From Octopus sinensis (Eukaryota): DNA of 64,000 bases. Of this stretch, positions 42,200 to 55,028 are shown in pieces. The position numbers were made by a program, and so were the translations under genes. How positions within the stretch are numbered: position 1 is the stretch's first letter; every line of letters starts with the position of its first letter. The stretch spans positions 10,726,001 to 10,790,000 of the forward strand of contig NC_042998.1 in assembly GCF_006345805.1 (NCBI RefSeq), read 5' to 3'. The notes below the pieces were generated by a model. It saw only the letters and a list, made by a program, of their open reading frames with translations, did no database searches and had not been told where the DNA came from.

Positions 42200-42860
42200 G
42201 TCATCGTTTTGGGAAAGCGCTCGTCTTCATCCCCTCTGGTAATCTCCCACAGTTTAGGCCTTCTTTTTTGAAGTTTTTCCCTAATTTTCCTTTCGTACTC
42301 TCTCTAACGGTTTGGAATTTTTCCAGCTACCAAGGTATTTTAATTATCTTCTGGCGATGGTGAAGTACTACAAATTATGCTAGGGAGATGTGGAACATGA
42401 AGTTAGCTTCTGGTTTACAGGACCGAGCATAATTGACTTTCTTCGCTGTCTGCGGAAATGTGACCCACTGGTAAGCCAGTGCAGGAAACCATAGTCGTTT
42501 CCAACCCTTCTCCTCCTCTTTCTCACTTTCACCGCTGGATATTGCGAGGAAAAATTATTTCGGCCTCTCGGTCAGCTTTTGGAAGTTATAGTGGGTCATT
42601 CTCTTTCGGTGATTCCGGAACTTTAACAGGCAGTGCTTAATGAACAACAGTACTATTCTGCGACTTGCTGACATTTCAGTTTCTCTAATTGCCACTTTGA
42701 AAGACCTGAAATGATTTTTGTTACCATATTTATAGTAACGAAGCTTGTTGTACTGTACTATCAGTCTCATGACATCCTCTGTACCTCGACGGCTCAACCC
42801 ACCAGTAATGGTCCTATGCTCTTTGGAGTTCATTAAGACTTCTATAGCCATTCAACCACA
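42200..42860 (-). mobile_element. Possible decayed Gypsy-type integrase
   Basis: Frameshifted peptides HYWW...EDVMRLI and CTGLPVGHISADSE (resembling HGLP.SIVSDRD). Confidence 0.3.
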
Positions 42861-43282
42861 TGTTACGCATAGCAAATTCGGGCGTTCATCACATGTTTAT
42901 ACCTCAAAGATGACGACGATCCAATGTCCGACGTCGTTGTCATTATCTTTGGCCGTTGTATTTCATCGACCTAAATATTCCGACTCCAGTGTATGGGTAT
43001 GTGCGTGACGTTAGAACTCGACCTTTAACTGCCCTATTCACAGAATTAAAACGGAAGTCAACGATTCAACAAACTTTCCGATGCACAAGAGAATGCTTCA
43101 CACATCAGCGAAATCCATTCTAATCGTTCCTTTGTGAACACGAAACAAGCTACTCAGTTTTTGTCGATTGTTCAGTAATTGACTTTCTTATTCTTCTCTT
43201 TCTTGAATGCAAACGACAGGGTTGCGAATTGTCTCTTCTCCTTTTCATAATTTTATGAACTGAACTGACATGAGAAGTGATC

Positions 43283-43860
43283 TTACAATCTGTGGGTGTA
43301 GGATCGGTCGACTGATATTTGCAGACAACATAATGCTACTTGTCTCCTCAGAAAGGTACCTCGACATGCACTAAATGGGTTGAACATCAATAAGGCAAGT
43401 ACCTCGGAACCGTACTTATGAGTGATGGAAAGCAGAAGCCCGAATTGGATGACAGAATTGCAGGTGTTGGTACAGTTACGTGTCAGCTTCAGCATTCGAT
43501 CATCATCACAGGAGAGGTTGGTAAGACAGACAAACTTGCTATCTTCAATTCGGCTTTTGTGCCTATCCCCACCGGCAGTCATGGATGTAACCAAATGAGT
43601 ACGATTGCGAATACAAGCAGCCAAAACGTATTTCCGGGTCTCAGAAGTAGCGATACTCGACAGGGTACATAACTCGATGATCGATGGGCCTTTCCAGATC
43701 GGGGCACTACTTCTCCGTACTGAAAGGACACTGTTCCGGCCTATCGACATGTGATTAGAATGCTGCAGGGAAGAATCGCCAGACATTCAAGCCGAGCCTA
43801 GCTGCATGAGACCCAGAGGTAGATTAAGAGAAAATGACTGGATAGTAGATATAGTCTCAG
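43283..43860 (+). mobile_element. RTE-clade LINE RT fragment
   Basis: LIFADNIMLL...KYLGTVLMSDGKQKPELDDRI...KLAIFNSAFVP...RM. Confidence 0.75.
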
Positions 43861-44967
43861 TTAGTCACGCCTGTTCATTCTAGCAAGGATTAATTTTATG
43901 TGTATATATTAAGCAAGGGATCAATTTTATAATCAGCACAGACATTTATACCAAAAGCTTAGAATTATCATTTCATTCATCAGTTTTATTCTTGTGTATT
44001 TTATGTACAAAACGTTTGGACTTTTGCCTATGTTGCGGACGTGTTTCGAGATCATGCTTGTTTGAACGTCGGTTTAACATAAGAAACTATTCAAAATAAT
44101 TGTCTTTTCTCTCGAAACAAGTGAGACAAAATAAAAGAAACATCAATCATTATTTTTAGTGAACTGCAAAGGAATGAAAAGAGAATATTAGTCCAAATTA
44201 TGAAAAATTTTCACATAAAGTAATGGGTAACCTAGTCATGAAATAATGTACCTTGCTGCGACAAGAAATAACATGAGTAATTTCAAAATGCGATGTGACA
44301 TTTTATCGATAGAGTGTGAAGTTTTATCTCACAATAGAATGGTTTGGATCAAAGAGCAGAGACGTTGGCGTCTTGTATTCACACACTGAAACATCTTTCG
44401 CGTAAAAACTAACCTCTTTCATTTTCGACCTGGTTCAGCGAATGAAAATATATTTCGATGTTACAATTCTCTTCGTATGAGTGCTTTGAAAGGAAAATGC
44501 TTAAATAGCAACGGAATTTTATAGGAAAATGGTTTTAAATGGTTTTAGAGTAACCTGCCTTGTATTAGGTTAGATTCTAAATGAATAGTTTCCAAAAAAA
44601 AAAAAAAAAGCCGTGAAGTCGTACATATTTTGTATTGTTAGGAAAGCCAGAATGGAAATAATAAAAGTAATCTCAAAACAAACGTCTTTGTATAATATCG
44701 CTAACATGAATATTATTAAAAACGATATTAAGAAAAACTTTTCCTGACATGCTTTTATAAATGAAAATATATCTAAATATCTATGATTTAAGACCTAAGA
44801 GGCACAGATTGTCAACAAGAAGAGTGGTGACACAAAATTCTGAGTACTTTTATTTTTATGTAATTCAGTAAAAGGTTATTAAATAACATTCTAATTACGT
44901 GTATTGAGTTCTGTAAATCATCCCATTTTGGCAAATCATTTCAGACGCACACATACATATATACATG

Positions 44968-45036
<69 letters not shown>

Positions 45037-45195
45037 AGTAGGTGAATGAATTATCCTATGTTTAACGTCAGTATGGAAAATTCGTTTAACCGAAACCTGG
45101 GTAGCAAATTCACGTCAGAAACACGGTTGAAGCGACCTGTCCAAGGGTAGAAACTCCAGGTTCATGTGCAGAATTTGTGTGTTGTATATGAATAA

Positions 45196-45317
45196 ATGAA
45201 AGAATGGAGTCGAACGAAGATGTTAACAAAATCCCTTTACTCTCGACATATGTTTCGAAACATATGTCGAGAGTAAAGGAATTTTGTTAACATCTTCGTT
45301 CGACTCCATTCTTTCAT
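45196..45317. repeat. 122 bp loopless palindrome (1 mismatch)
   Basis: Centre ...CATATGTTTC|GAAACATATG...; the right arm ends in (TA)n. Confidence 0.95.
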
Positions 45318-46478
45318 ATATATATATATATATATATATCATATACATACACATTTAAACAAGTAAAATGGAAAGATATATTCGGAGAATCAAGCGGAGT
45401 TCACGGTAAGCACTTCCGCCGGGAAACGGTTATCAGGTTATATAATAATTAAATTTAGAAATTCATCTGATATGACAACGCATCTGAAAATCCCTAAAAC
45501 ATTAGGAGAGTTGAGTGCATAATAACGATGAACATCAGATCCAGAAGAAATCAGAGGCAGTATAAGATTTAATTTTGTATGGATACAGCCATTTTATAAT
45601 TCACGAATCCGAGAGAAATTCGGAAAATTCGGAAAATTGTTAGAAGGGTATTTTTCTTTAATCCATAACAGTCACAATTGAGGCCAATGGAAGAAATTTG
45701 GATAATTCAAGAATTAAGGAAGCTATCCTCATAGATAGACTGGGCCCCCAAATTAAAAACAGGCTGCAGGTTGGCAATCAATATAATTAACATCTATATT
45801 CCTGTGCCTGTTAAATCTTATGTCCCTGCCGTAAGGCTTTACTTCCACACACGCCAGCTTAATTTAATTCGTCCTTAGTCGAAAGACACCTGTTGTTATG
45901 TCCTGTTAATTGCATTTGTATAACATTTCCTTGTTTTTTTTTCCGTCCTTGTTTTCGTATACATTCGCTGCTTTCTTCCAAGAAATCTAATGCTCTAAGC
46001 TTAATTTTTCCTTCGGGCTGGCCAGATTGGAGCAATCTCGAGTATAACCAGACGAAATTGCAAAGATAATATGGAACTCGACTGAGGATGGAAAACTCCG
46101 AATGACCCGTCTTTGTTTTGTTTGTATCGTCTCTCTGGATGTTTCGTTCTTCCTTTTTTTGTATCACCTAACTGTCTGGATGTTTTGCGTTCTTGTCCCA
46201 TTTTTGTATTTTATATATATATATATATAATATAGCGGCGTACGTACACTTTGGTCTCTCTCTCGTATATATATATATTGTTTCTTTCTTCAATTATTTC
46301 TTTATTTGTGCATATATGTATATAATGTATATATGAAGTATATATATAGTGTATATTTAATTACGCGTAAGAGTCGATGATGTTACCGAAAGTGGATTAC
46401 GAAACGAATTTATCGACACGGAATTAAATGTTATTTTCTCTCACTTCTGGATTCTACGATGAGATATATATATATATA

Positions 46479-46746
46479 CATGATGGACCGTTAGCTCCTA
46501 TACGCATTTTTTTCTCTCCTTGTTTCTCTCCTTGTTTCCTTTCTGTGTATCTTTCTGTCGAAGAGCGTAGGCTCGAAACGTAAAAGACTTGTTCTATTTC
46601 TATTCCTGAGCGCCATACTAATACATTTGTTTGTTTATACTCCACCTGCCTTCGTCTTTTGTCTATTTTCGTAAACCTGCCTTCGTCTTTTGTTTATTTT
46701 CGTAAACCTGCCTTCGTCTTTTGTTTATTTTCGTAAACCTTCCCGT

Positions 46747-46752
<6 letters not shown>
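46479..46752 (+). mobile_element. Short PLE-tail-type element with HHR-like motif and triplicated 3' segment
   Basis: UCUUU-CUGUCGA-A-GAGC(GUAG)GCUC-GAAA-C-GUA-AAAGA at 46550-46587; 3x31 bp at 46644-46736; (TA)n on both sides. Confidence 0.7.
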
Positions 46753-46793
<41 letters not shown>

Positions 46794-47001
46794 GTATGTA
46801 TGTATGTGAGTGTGTGCGCGTGAATGCATATATTATATGTATATACACATAATTGTGTATACAAACACGCATACACATATTCATATATATGTACGTACGA
46901 CTGAATGAGCAAACAAAAAAAAGTTGAACAAATCAACATCAATTTTCATGCGGTGGGGAGACGTGCACAGATGCAAAGACGGGCAAACTCTCTCTCTCTC
47001 T

Positions 47002-47109
<108 letters not shown>

Positions 47110-47642
47110 TTCTTCTCTGTTGACAAAATAGACGTGTTTTTATAAATTTCTGTTTGAAGTGGGAATTTTAATTGATGAAATAGCTTTTTTACCAAAACAT
47201 CTCACATACAGTTAAGTTCATACAGCTTGGATTCTTCCCTTACAGGGGGTGAAAAAAACAGTACGGCTCGTGTTATATTAATTACAAAAGAAATGGCAAT
47301 GAACGTTTCATACCTCGCCTCCGATAAGAAAACTGAAAGTTTACAAAATATTACATTTCGTTCAGAGAAAACAAACAAAAACCTGAAATGCAAAATATTA
47401 ACATGTACAAAGAAAAAGCTACTCATTTAAACTATATCACGTCGTCAAGAACAAAAACTATATGCATTCACCCTTCGTTTCTGTTATAAACATGAATGGA
47501 GAGGAAAAATCATTTCTGAGAGGTCAAAAGCTCAACACATTTTGTGCACCGAAGTGTGCCAGCTTTCTTCAGAAATAGAGAGGCCCATAAGAAATTGTTG
47601 GGCTTGTGCGCAAAATTTGAAGCCTTTATTATTATCATTTAT

Positions 47643-48100
47643 TGTCTTTGCACAGCTTCTTACGTCGGAGGTGTACTACGGTGTCAGGTGTACTACGGTG
47701 TCAGGTGTTCATTACCAGTTAGCTAAGGTAACTCCTCTTATTTTTCGAGCAACATCCCGAGTATTCGAGCGGTTGCAAGTAGTGCTGTTTTCTACAAGTG
47801 CTCCACCCTTATTGCAGCCCCTATTTGTTCCATGCACTTCTTAAAATTTTTACTCACTGTTCCCAGGGCTCCGACAATTATTGGTACCACCACCATCTTT
47901 TTCATCGGCCACAACTGCTTAACTTCCCACGCTAACCTGTCATATCTATCGACTTCTTTCTTCCTTATCGCATACCTTGTTGTCTGCTGGGCATGCTATA
48001 TCTATGATCCAGCATCGTTTGCTTTCTTTCTCAATTACCACTATGTCTGGCTTACTATTCTCTACCTCATGGTCGCACCTTTATATATCTACTTATAAGA
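47643..48100 (-). mobile_element. R4/Dong-like non-LTR element 3' end (restriction-like endonuclease domain)
   Basis: Minus strand: PDIVVIEKESKRCWIIDIACPADNKV...YDRLAWEVKQLW...VVVPIIVGALGTVSK...KTALLATARIL (PD-D/ExK type). The 3' end abuts degenerate (TAA)n. Confidence 0.75.
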
Positions 48101-48944
48101 CAATTATTTCCTGGAATTCAAGGTGTATTTTTGAATAGTTACAAATTCCATAAAAAACATTCTAGCTGACACCTTCTCCAATCGGTTCAAACCCCCACCG
48201 CCACCACCACTACCACCACCACCACCACCACCGTTACCATCATTCCCTCATCACCTCTCATCATCACTACCAACGCCACCGCCCAAACTATGATGACTAT
48301 CCTTATCGCTAAGGTAAACTACAAGTATTTACCAATCTCACCACCTGTACAAGCCTAATTATTGCCAGAAGTCCACTGGTTCTCACCTCATTTATTCCCT
48401 CATAGCATTACCACACCCCAGCAACCCTACCGCAAATATCGTCACCTTTACACCGCCGGCCGGCCGCCACCACAACACCTTCCGGAATCACCACCGCCAC
48501 TATCATCATCCTTCACACCTTTGCTCATAGCTACTACCATCATATCCACAATTACAATCACCTCCACCAGCATCGTCTCCAGTAAACCCCACCACCACTA
48601 TCACTAGCGTCACCATCACCATACTTTGCGGATGCTTTGATCGTAGCTACTTCCATCATATTCTTAATCACCACCATCGCCACCGCCATCACCCCTCCAA
48701 AACACAATCACAAAACACAAAACAGACCAATCACCTCAATCCTCATTGTCAAGATCAACCAATCTACTCCAAGCTCTGTAACTTCCCCCCTGCCAACGAC
48801 ACCGCATCACACTCCGCTGTTGCCACCCCGTTTAATGTACCTAAACAATGTGTGTACCATTGTCTATTTAGACAAAAGCTGTTGAAAACTCTTTAATCAA
48901 TTAGTCATAAACGACAAGGATGCTAGCATTTTACTTCCGCGTCA

Positions 48945-49068
48945 GATGACGACGACGACGACGATCATGATGACGATGATGATGGTGATGAGGATGATGA
49001 TGAGGATGATGATGGTGAATGATGATGATGATGGTGAGGAAGATGATGGTGGATGATGATGATGGTGA

Positions 49069-49100
<32 letters not shown>

Positions 49101-49718
49101 GATGATGAGGAGGAGGATGATGATGGTGATGATGATGATGATGGTGAGGAAGATGATGAGGATGATGATGGTGATGGTGATGATGATGATGGTGATGATG
49201 ATGATGATGAGGAGGAGGATGATGATGGTGATGGTGATGATGGTGATGATGATGATGATGAGGATGATGATGGTGATGGTGATGATGATGATGGTGATGA
49301 TGATGATGATGAGGAGGAGGATGATGATGATGATGAGGATGATGATGGTGGTGAGGAAGATGATGAGGATGATGATGGTGATGGTGATGATGATGATGGT
49401 GATGATGATGATGATGATGATGATGAGGAGGAGGATGATGATGGTGATGATGATGATGATGGTGAGAAGATGATGAGGATGATGATGGTGATGGTGATGA
49501 TGAGATGGTGATGATGTGATGATGAGGAGGAGGATGATGATGATGATGAGGATGATGATGGTGGTGAGGAAATGATGAGGATGATGATGGTGATGGTGAT
49601 GATGGTGATGATGATGATGAGATGATGGTGATGATGATGATGAGGAAGATGATGGTGGATGATGATGATGGTGAGGAAGATGATGAGGATGATGATGGTG
49701 ATGGTGATGATGGTGATG

Positions 49719-49750
<32 letters not shown>

Positions 49751-49883
49751 GATGATGATGAGGATGATGATGGTGGTGAATGATGATGATGATGATAATG
49801 ACGAGGACGGTGACGACAACTATGTCAACAAAGACAGTGATAATGATGATGCTGATAGTGATCACCATGACGGCGACGATGCT

Positions 49884-49915
<32 letters not shown>

Positions 49916-50000
49916 CGATGATGATGAATATAACGTTGATGATGACCGTGCCGTCGACGACGACGACGATAACGAAGATGACGAAGACGACAGCGATGCC
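48945..50000. repeat. GAT/GAG/GGT trinucleotide array with higher-order blocks
   Basis: Recurring block GAGGAGGAGGATGATGATGGTGAT...GGTGAGGAAGATGATGAGGAT. Confidence 0.9.
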
Positions 50001-50117
50001 TATAGGACGCCATTGTCGGAGTTTGGCGTCGGTGCTAATGTACTGGATGGATTGATGCAGAGAAAAAAAACAAAAAAAAAAACAATCCTATTTATGAAAG
50101 GTAAGCTTATTAGGAAA

Positions 50118-50161
<44 letters not shown>

Positions 50162-50364
50162 GCAAACAATTGAGATATAGTTTTGAAGCTAAACAAATGA
50201 TAACAATTACAAGAGTAACAACGAACAATAACAACAGCTATAAAAATAGACATATCGGCGACTCTGGTTGTGTGAGTGTTGCTGTTGTTGCAGATGTTGT
50301 TGTTATAGGTAGCCCAAAGTGTCAAACATCCTCCCCCCCCCAGCATCACCATCAACAACCACAA

Positions 50365-51535
50365 GCTGGAAGTAGTCCATCAATTCAACTATCTCGATCT
50401 ACCATCGCTGATGACCTCCCCCTGGACCCTGAGATGAACTGACAAATCGGACAAGCATCCCACCCCCATTTACCCTAATACCAAGATTACTGTCTATAAG
50501 GCGTGCCTCCTTAGTACGATACTTTACTCCAGACAGGTGGAAGCACTCCGTCGGTTACGACGACGAGGGTTCCGGTTGATCCGAATCAACGGAACAGCCT
50601 GCTCGTGAAATTAACGTGTAAGTGGCTGAGCACTCCACAGACACATGTACCCTTAACATAGTTCTCGGGGATATTCAGCGTGATACGGAGTGTGACAAGG
50701 CTGGCCCCTTTGAAATACAGGTACAACAGAAACAGGAAGTAAGAGTGAGAGAAAGTTGTGGTGAAAGAGTACAGCAGGGATCACCACCATCCCCTGCCGG
50801 AGCCTCGTGGAGCTTTAGGCGTTTTCGCTCAATAAACACTCACAACGCCCGGTCTGGGAATCGAAACCGCGATCCTATGACCGCGAGTCCGCTGCCCTAA
50901 CCACTGGGCCATTGCGCCTCTACACTCAGACAGGAGCGACGTCTCAACGATTTTCACCTTTGTAATTTGAGACGCATCTTGGGTATCAAGTTGACCGACC
51001 ACATCACCAACACCAAAGTCCTCAACCGAGTCAAGATACTCAGCATATTCACCCTGCCTCAGCAGCGTCGATTGCGCTGGCTCGGTCACGTACATCGCAT
51101 GCCGGGACGGAAGGATCCCCAAAGACCTCCTGTATGGGGAATTGGCCACCGGTACAAGAGCACGAAGACGACCTCATCTACGTTTCAAGGACGTCTGTAA
51201 AAAGGGTGTGAAGTCACTTGATCTGGACGTCCTGAGATGGGGGGGGGGGTGGCTGCAAATGACCCCCCACACTGGAGACAAATACACAAAAGGTGATGAA
51301 GAGAGCAGAAGAAAAACAGGAACTCGCTACCAAAGAAAAGTGCACTCGACAGAAGGAAGAACTAGTAACGCCGGCAGAGAGCGCCTCCAAATGCAGTCGC
51401 TGTATGCGTGACTGCCACTCCCGTGTGGGCCTGTGCAACCTCAACATACGCTGCACCACCACCAGCAGCTGACACGATTCCTTCGGGCGCAGACCCATGG
51501 CCTCTCGAAACCGAAGGGTTCCTACTACTAGTCGA
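50365..51535 (+). mobile_element. RTE (BovB-like) LINE 3' fragment interrupted by a SINE
   Basis: LEVVHQFNYL...TKITVYKACLLSTILY [SINE] ...LRRILGIKLTDHITNTKVL...QRRLRWLGHVHRM...RPHLRFKDVCK; ends in CTACTACTA. Confidence 0.85.
50538..50924 (-). mobile_element. SINE family C inserted in the RTE
   Basis: Full length; imperfect TSD CTC(C)AGACAGG at 50527-50537 and 50925-50934. Confidence 0.95.
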
Positions 51536-53091
51536 CTGAATCTCTCTCTGTATTTGGCTGATACTTCATTTTACTGGCCTCACAACGATGGTGGATAAAG
51601 TAATATTGGCGGGATTTAAATGTATAACGTAAAGATCTGGAACTAATACCACATGCATTTTGTCCGATATTGTAATTATTCTGCTAATCCAACATCTTTA
51701 AATTATTTCTAATAAAAGCACAATGCTTTAATTTTCGAGTAAGAAGCCGATCGTTTACATTTACTCTAGTTCTTGACTTAATTATTTTATTCCCTCGATC
51801 TTCGGAGAGTTCAAAATACTTAACCCCTGTTAACTTTGAACTCAAAGCGTATAACATTAGACGGAATATCACCGACCACTTTGTCTCTAACGATTCTGCC
51901 AATTCATCACTCTTCATTGACCTTCAAATAATATATTAGATTAATAGAAAATGAAAATTATATGTAATTTGCTATAGTTGACTGGTTTAACTACAATTCA
52001 TTACACTAATAGGGAAAACCACACACCTTCGATGGTTTTATATTAAGTAGAACCTTAGAACCATAAACGTTGGAATGAAGTTCTAAATAAGAGTTTTCTG
52101 TATAAGTGCAACGCCATACAATTAATCGTTTTTGAAGGAAGGTGATTGGCTGCTGGCTAGTGGCTTCGTTGATTAAATCACTTCCAGTATTTGATTAGTG
52201 TTGTTATTTTAGTGATCTAGGAAAGATTAAATTCAAAGTTGTTCCGGTTGGAAATGAATCAAGTAACTATGAAGAAGTTTGGCAGCTACTTCTAACAATT
52301 TGAGCTACCAGTGAAAGATATTCTGTTGGCTCCATGAATTTCAAAATGATTTTGCTGCTAGCTTCTGTAGGTCGAGTAACCACATAGAGGTTTTCTTATT
52401 GTTCGATAATCTGAGAGAGATTTAGCTGCTACTGCTTGGATCATTCATTGGCTTGAAGTATTTCAGTTACTTATCTTTGACTCCTCGATTTCTGAGCCCA
52501 TAAAATGTGATTTACTTTGTTAATGGTTGATGAAACGATTGAAAATCGGTAACTCGAATTACTGAGTACTCAGAGTAACGATTCCAGAGACTCCAGGTTC
52601 TTAAATACACACACACACACACACCACACACACACACACACACACCACACAACACACACACACACACACAGGCGATATATATATGTATGCACACACAGTA
52701 TATAGTTGCATGTCTGAAGAATAGAATATCAGGAATATTAAACAGTTAATTTAAAGAGAAACTGTTTAACGTAACGCACGAACATGACACTCCCTGAATA
52801 ATTTATTGATTCGATCTTTCGATCTCAGCATCGCACATCAACAAAATTACACCCACTCAATTTCCATTTCAGTGAACTAACTACGCTAGTTCTAAATTAC
52901 TAAATTGTTATCTCACTCTGTTCTTAACTGAGAAACAGTAGAACGAGGGACAAATTGGGGATGGGTTGATTATTGCCTTGTCAAAGATGTAATTAATTCT
53001 TAATTCTAGTAATTGAACTGTAAAATATCCAAAAGTGAAACACAATCATTAACCCTTGCGCCAACCATCTTGACTATCATCAAATGAGCAG

Positions 53092-53149
<58 letters not shown>

Positions 53150-53187
53150 CACATACGCACACACACACACGCACGCACGCACACACA

Positions 53188-53228
<41 letters not shown>

Positions 53229-53482
53229 ACACGTGCAGTCATAAGATTAGAATATGGAATGGAATCGAAAAATCATTCGGCAAGGTTATATTTATCTAAT
53301 GAATTATTTTCCTAAATGTAGTAATTTGCTAAACTGAATATCTCGGCATGGATTTTAGGCAGATATACAACAGTTGTTTCGAAACAATTACATTTTGGCG
53401 GCTTCAGTATGCCAGAAAAATGGCTGTCTATTCTGGTCAAACACTGAAAGCATGGAAGAGTTATACTTATATCGTTAGTAAT

Positions 53483-53875
53483 CTGGAAGCACTCCATCGG
53501 TTACGACGGCGAGGGTTCCGGTTGATCCGAATCAACGGAACAGCCTGCTCGTGAAATTAACGTGTAAGTGGCTGAGCACTCCACAGAAACGTGTACCCTT
53601 AACGTAGTTCTCGGGGATATTCAGCGTGACACAGAGAGTGACAAGGCCGGCCCTTTGAAATACAGGTACAACAGAAACAGGAAGTAAGAGTGAGAGTGAG
53701 AGAAAGTTGTGGTGAAAGAGTACAGCAGGGATCACCATCATCCCCTGCCGGAGCCTCGTGGAGCTTTTAGGTGTTTTCGCTCAATAAACACTCACAACGC
53801 CCGGTCTGGGAATCGAAACCGCGATCCTACGACCGCGAGTCCGCTGCCCTAACCACTGGGCCATTGCGCCTCCAC
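53483..53875 (-). mobile_element. SINE family C, full length
   Basis: TSD ATCGTTAGTAAT at 53471-53482 and 53876-53887. Confidence 0.95.
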
Positions 53876-54152
53876 ATCGTTAGTAATATAACTAAAGTGT
53901 CATTAGACAATTGACGATCTCAATAACGATATTGTTTAAAACCTGAAGTTTTCAACTTTTATATTGCCCAACAAAGGAAGAGAGGAGCTGCAGACCCGGT
54001 ATAGAGGAGATAGAATAGAACATTTCAACCGAAATATTTTGAGTTTATATTCTGTCACTGACGCTCCGACATGAATCCTGTAGGTTTCTGTAGAATATTT
54101 TCCTTAATTTAATGAAGAAGATCAAAATAGAGAAGATAATATAGTAGCAGTA

Positions 54153-54330
54153 TCAGTCATTTTGACTGCGGCCATGCTGGAGCACCGCCTTTAGTCGAGC
54201 AACTCGACCTCGGGACTTATTCTTTGTAAGCCTAGTACTTATTCTATCGGGAAACACACCAGCATCGGTTGTCAAGCAATGCTAGAGGGACAAACACAGA
54301 CACACAAACACACACACACACACACACACA

Positions 54331-54367
<37 letters not shown>

Positions 54368-54538
54368 CATATATACGACAGGCTTCTTTCAGTTTCCGTC
54401 TACCAAATCCACTCACAAGGCATTGGTCGGCCCGAGGCTATAGCAGAAGACACTTGCCCAAGATGCCACGCAGTGGGACTGAACCCGGAACCATGTGGCT
54501 GGTTAGCAAGCTACTTACCACACAGCCACTCCTGCGCC
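54153..54538 (-). mobile_element. SINE family B
   Basis: Near-consensus head, core and partially deleted tail. Confidence 0.9.
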
Positions 54539-54800
54539 TATGTGGAATTCACTGGAAATAACTTACACACATGCAGTCTACAATAAAGAGAATAAAATTT
54601 CCGGAAAAGAACGGAACAATCACCAAATAATACTCTTTTAACGCACTAATATTGACTATATCCACCGCCTACTTTGCTTTTCACTTTTTTTTATTTACTT
54701 CCCTCTCTAGATCTCTTTAGTAAAATGATATCTCTACATACAATTTAACTTAACTTCCTCTCAGTCATTTTGCAACGTATTAATTTATGGTCATATGTAT

Positions 54801-55028
54801 GGCGAGCTGGCAGAAACGTTAGCACGCCGGGCGAAATGCTTAGCGGTATTTCGTCTGCCGTTACGTTATGAGTTCCAATTCCGCCGAAGTCGACTTTGCC
54901 TTTCATCCTTTCGGGGTCGATAAATTAAATACCAGTTACGAACTGGGGTCGATGTAATCGACTTAATACCTATGTTTGTCCTTGTTTGTTCCCTCTGTGT
55001 TTAGCCCCTTGTGGGTAGTAAAGAAATA
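54801..55028 (+). mobile_element. SINE family A with doubled 3' TSD
   Basis: GGTCATATGTAT at 54789-54800, 55029-55040 and 55041-55052. Confidence 0.9.
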
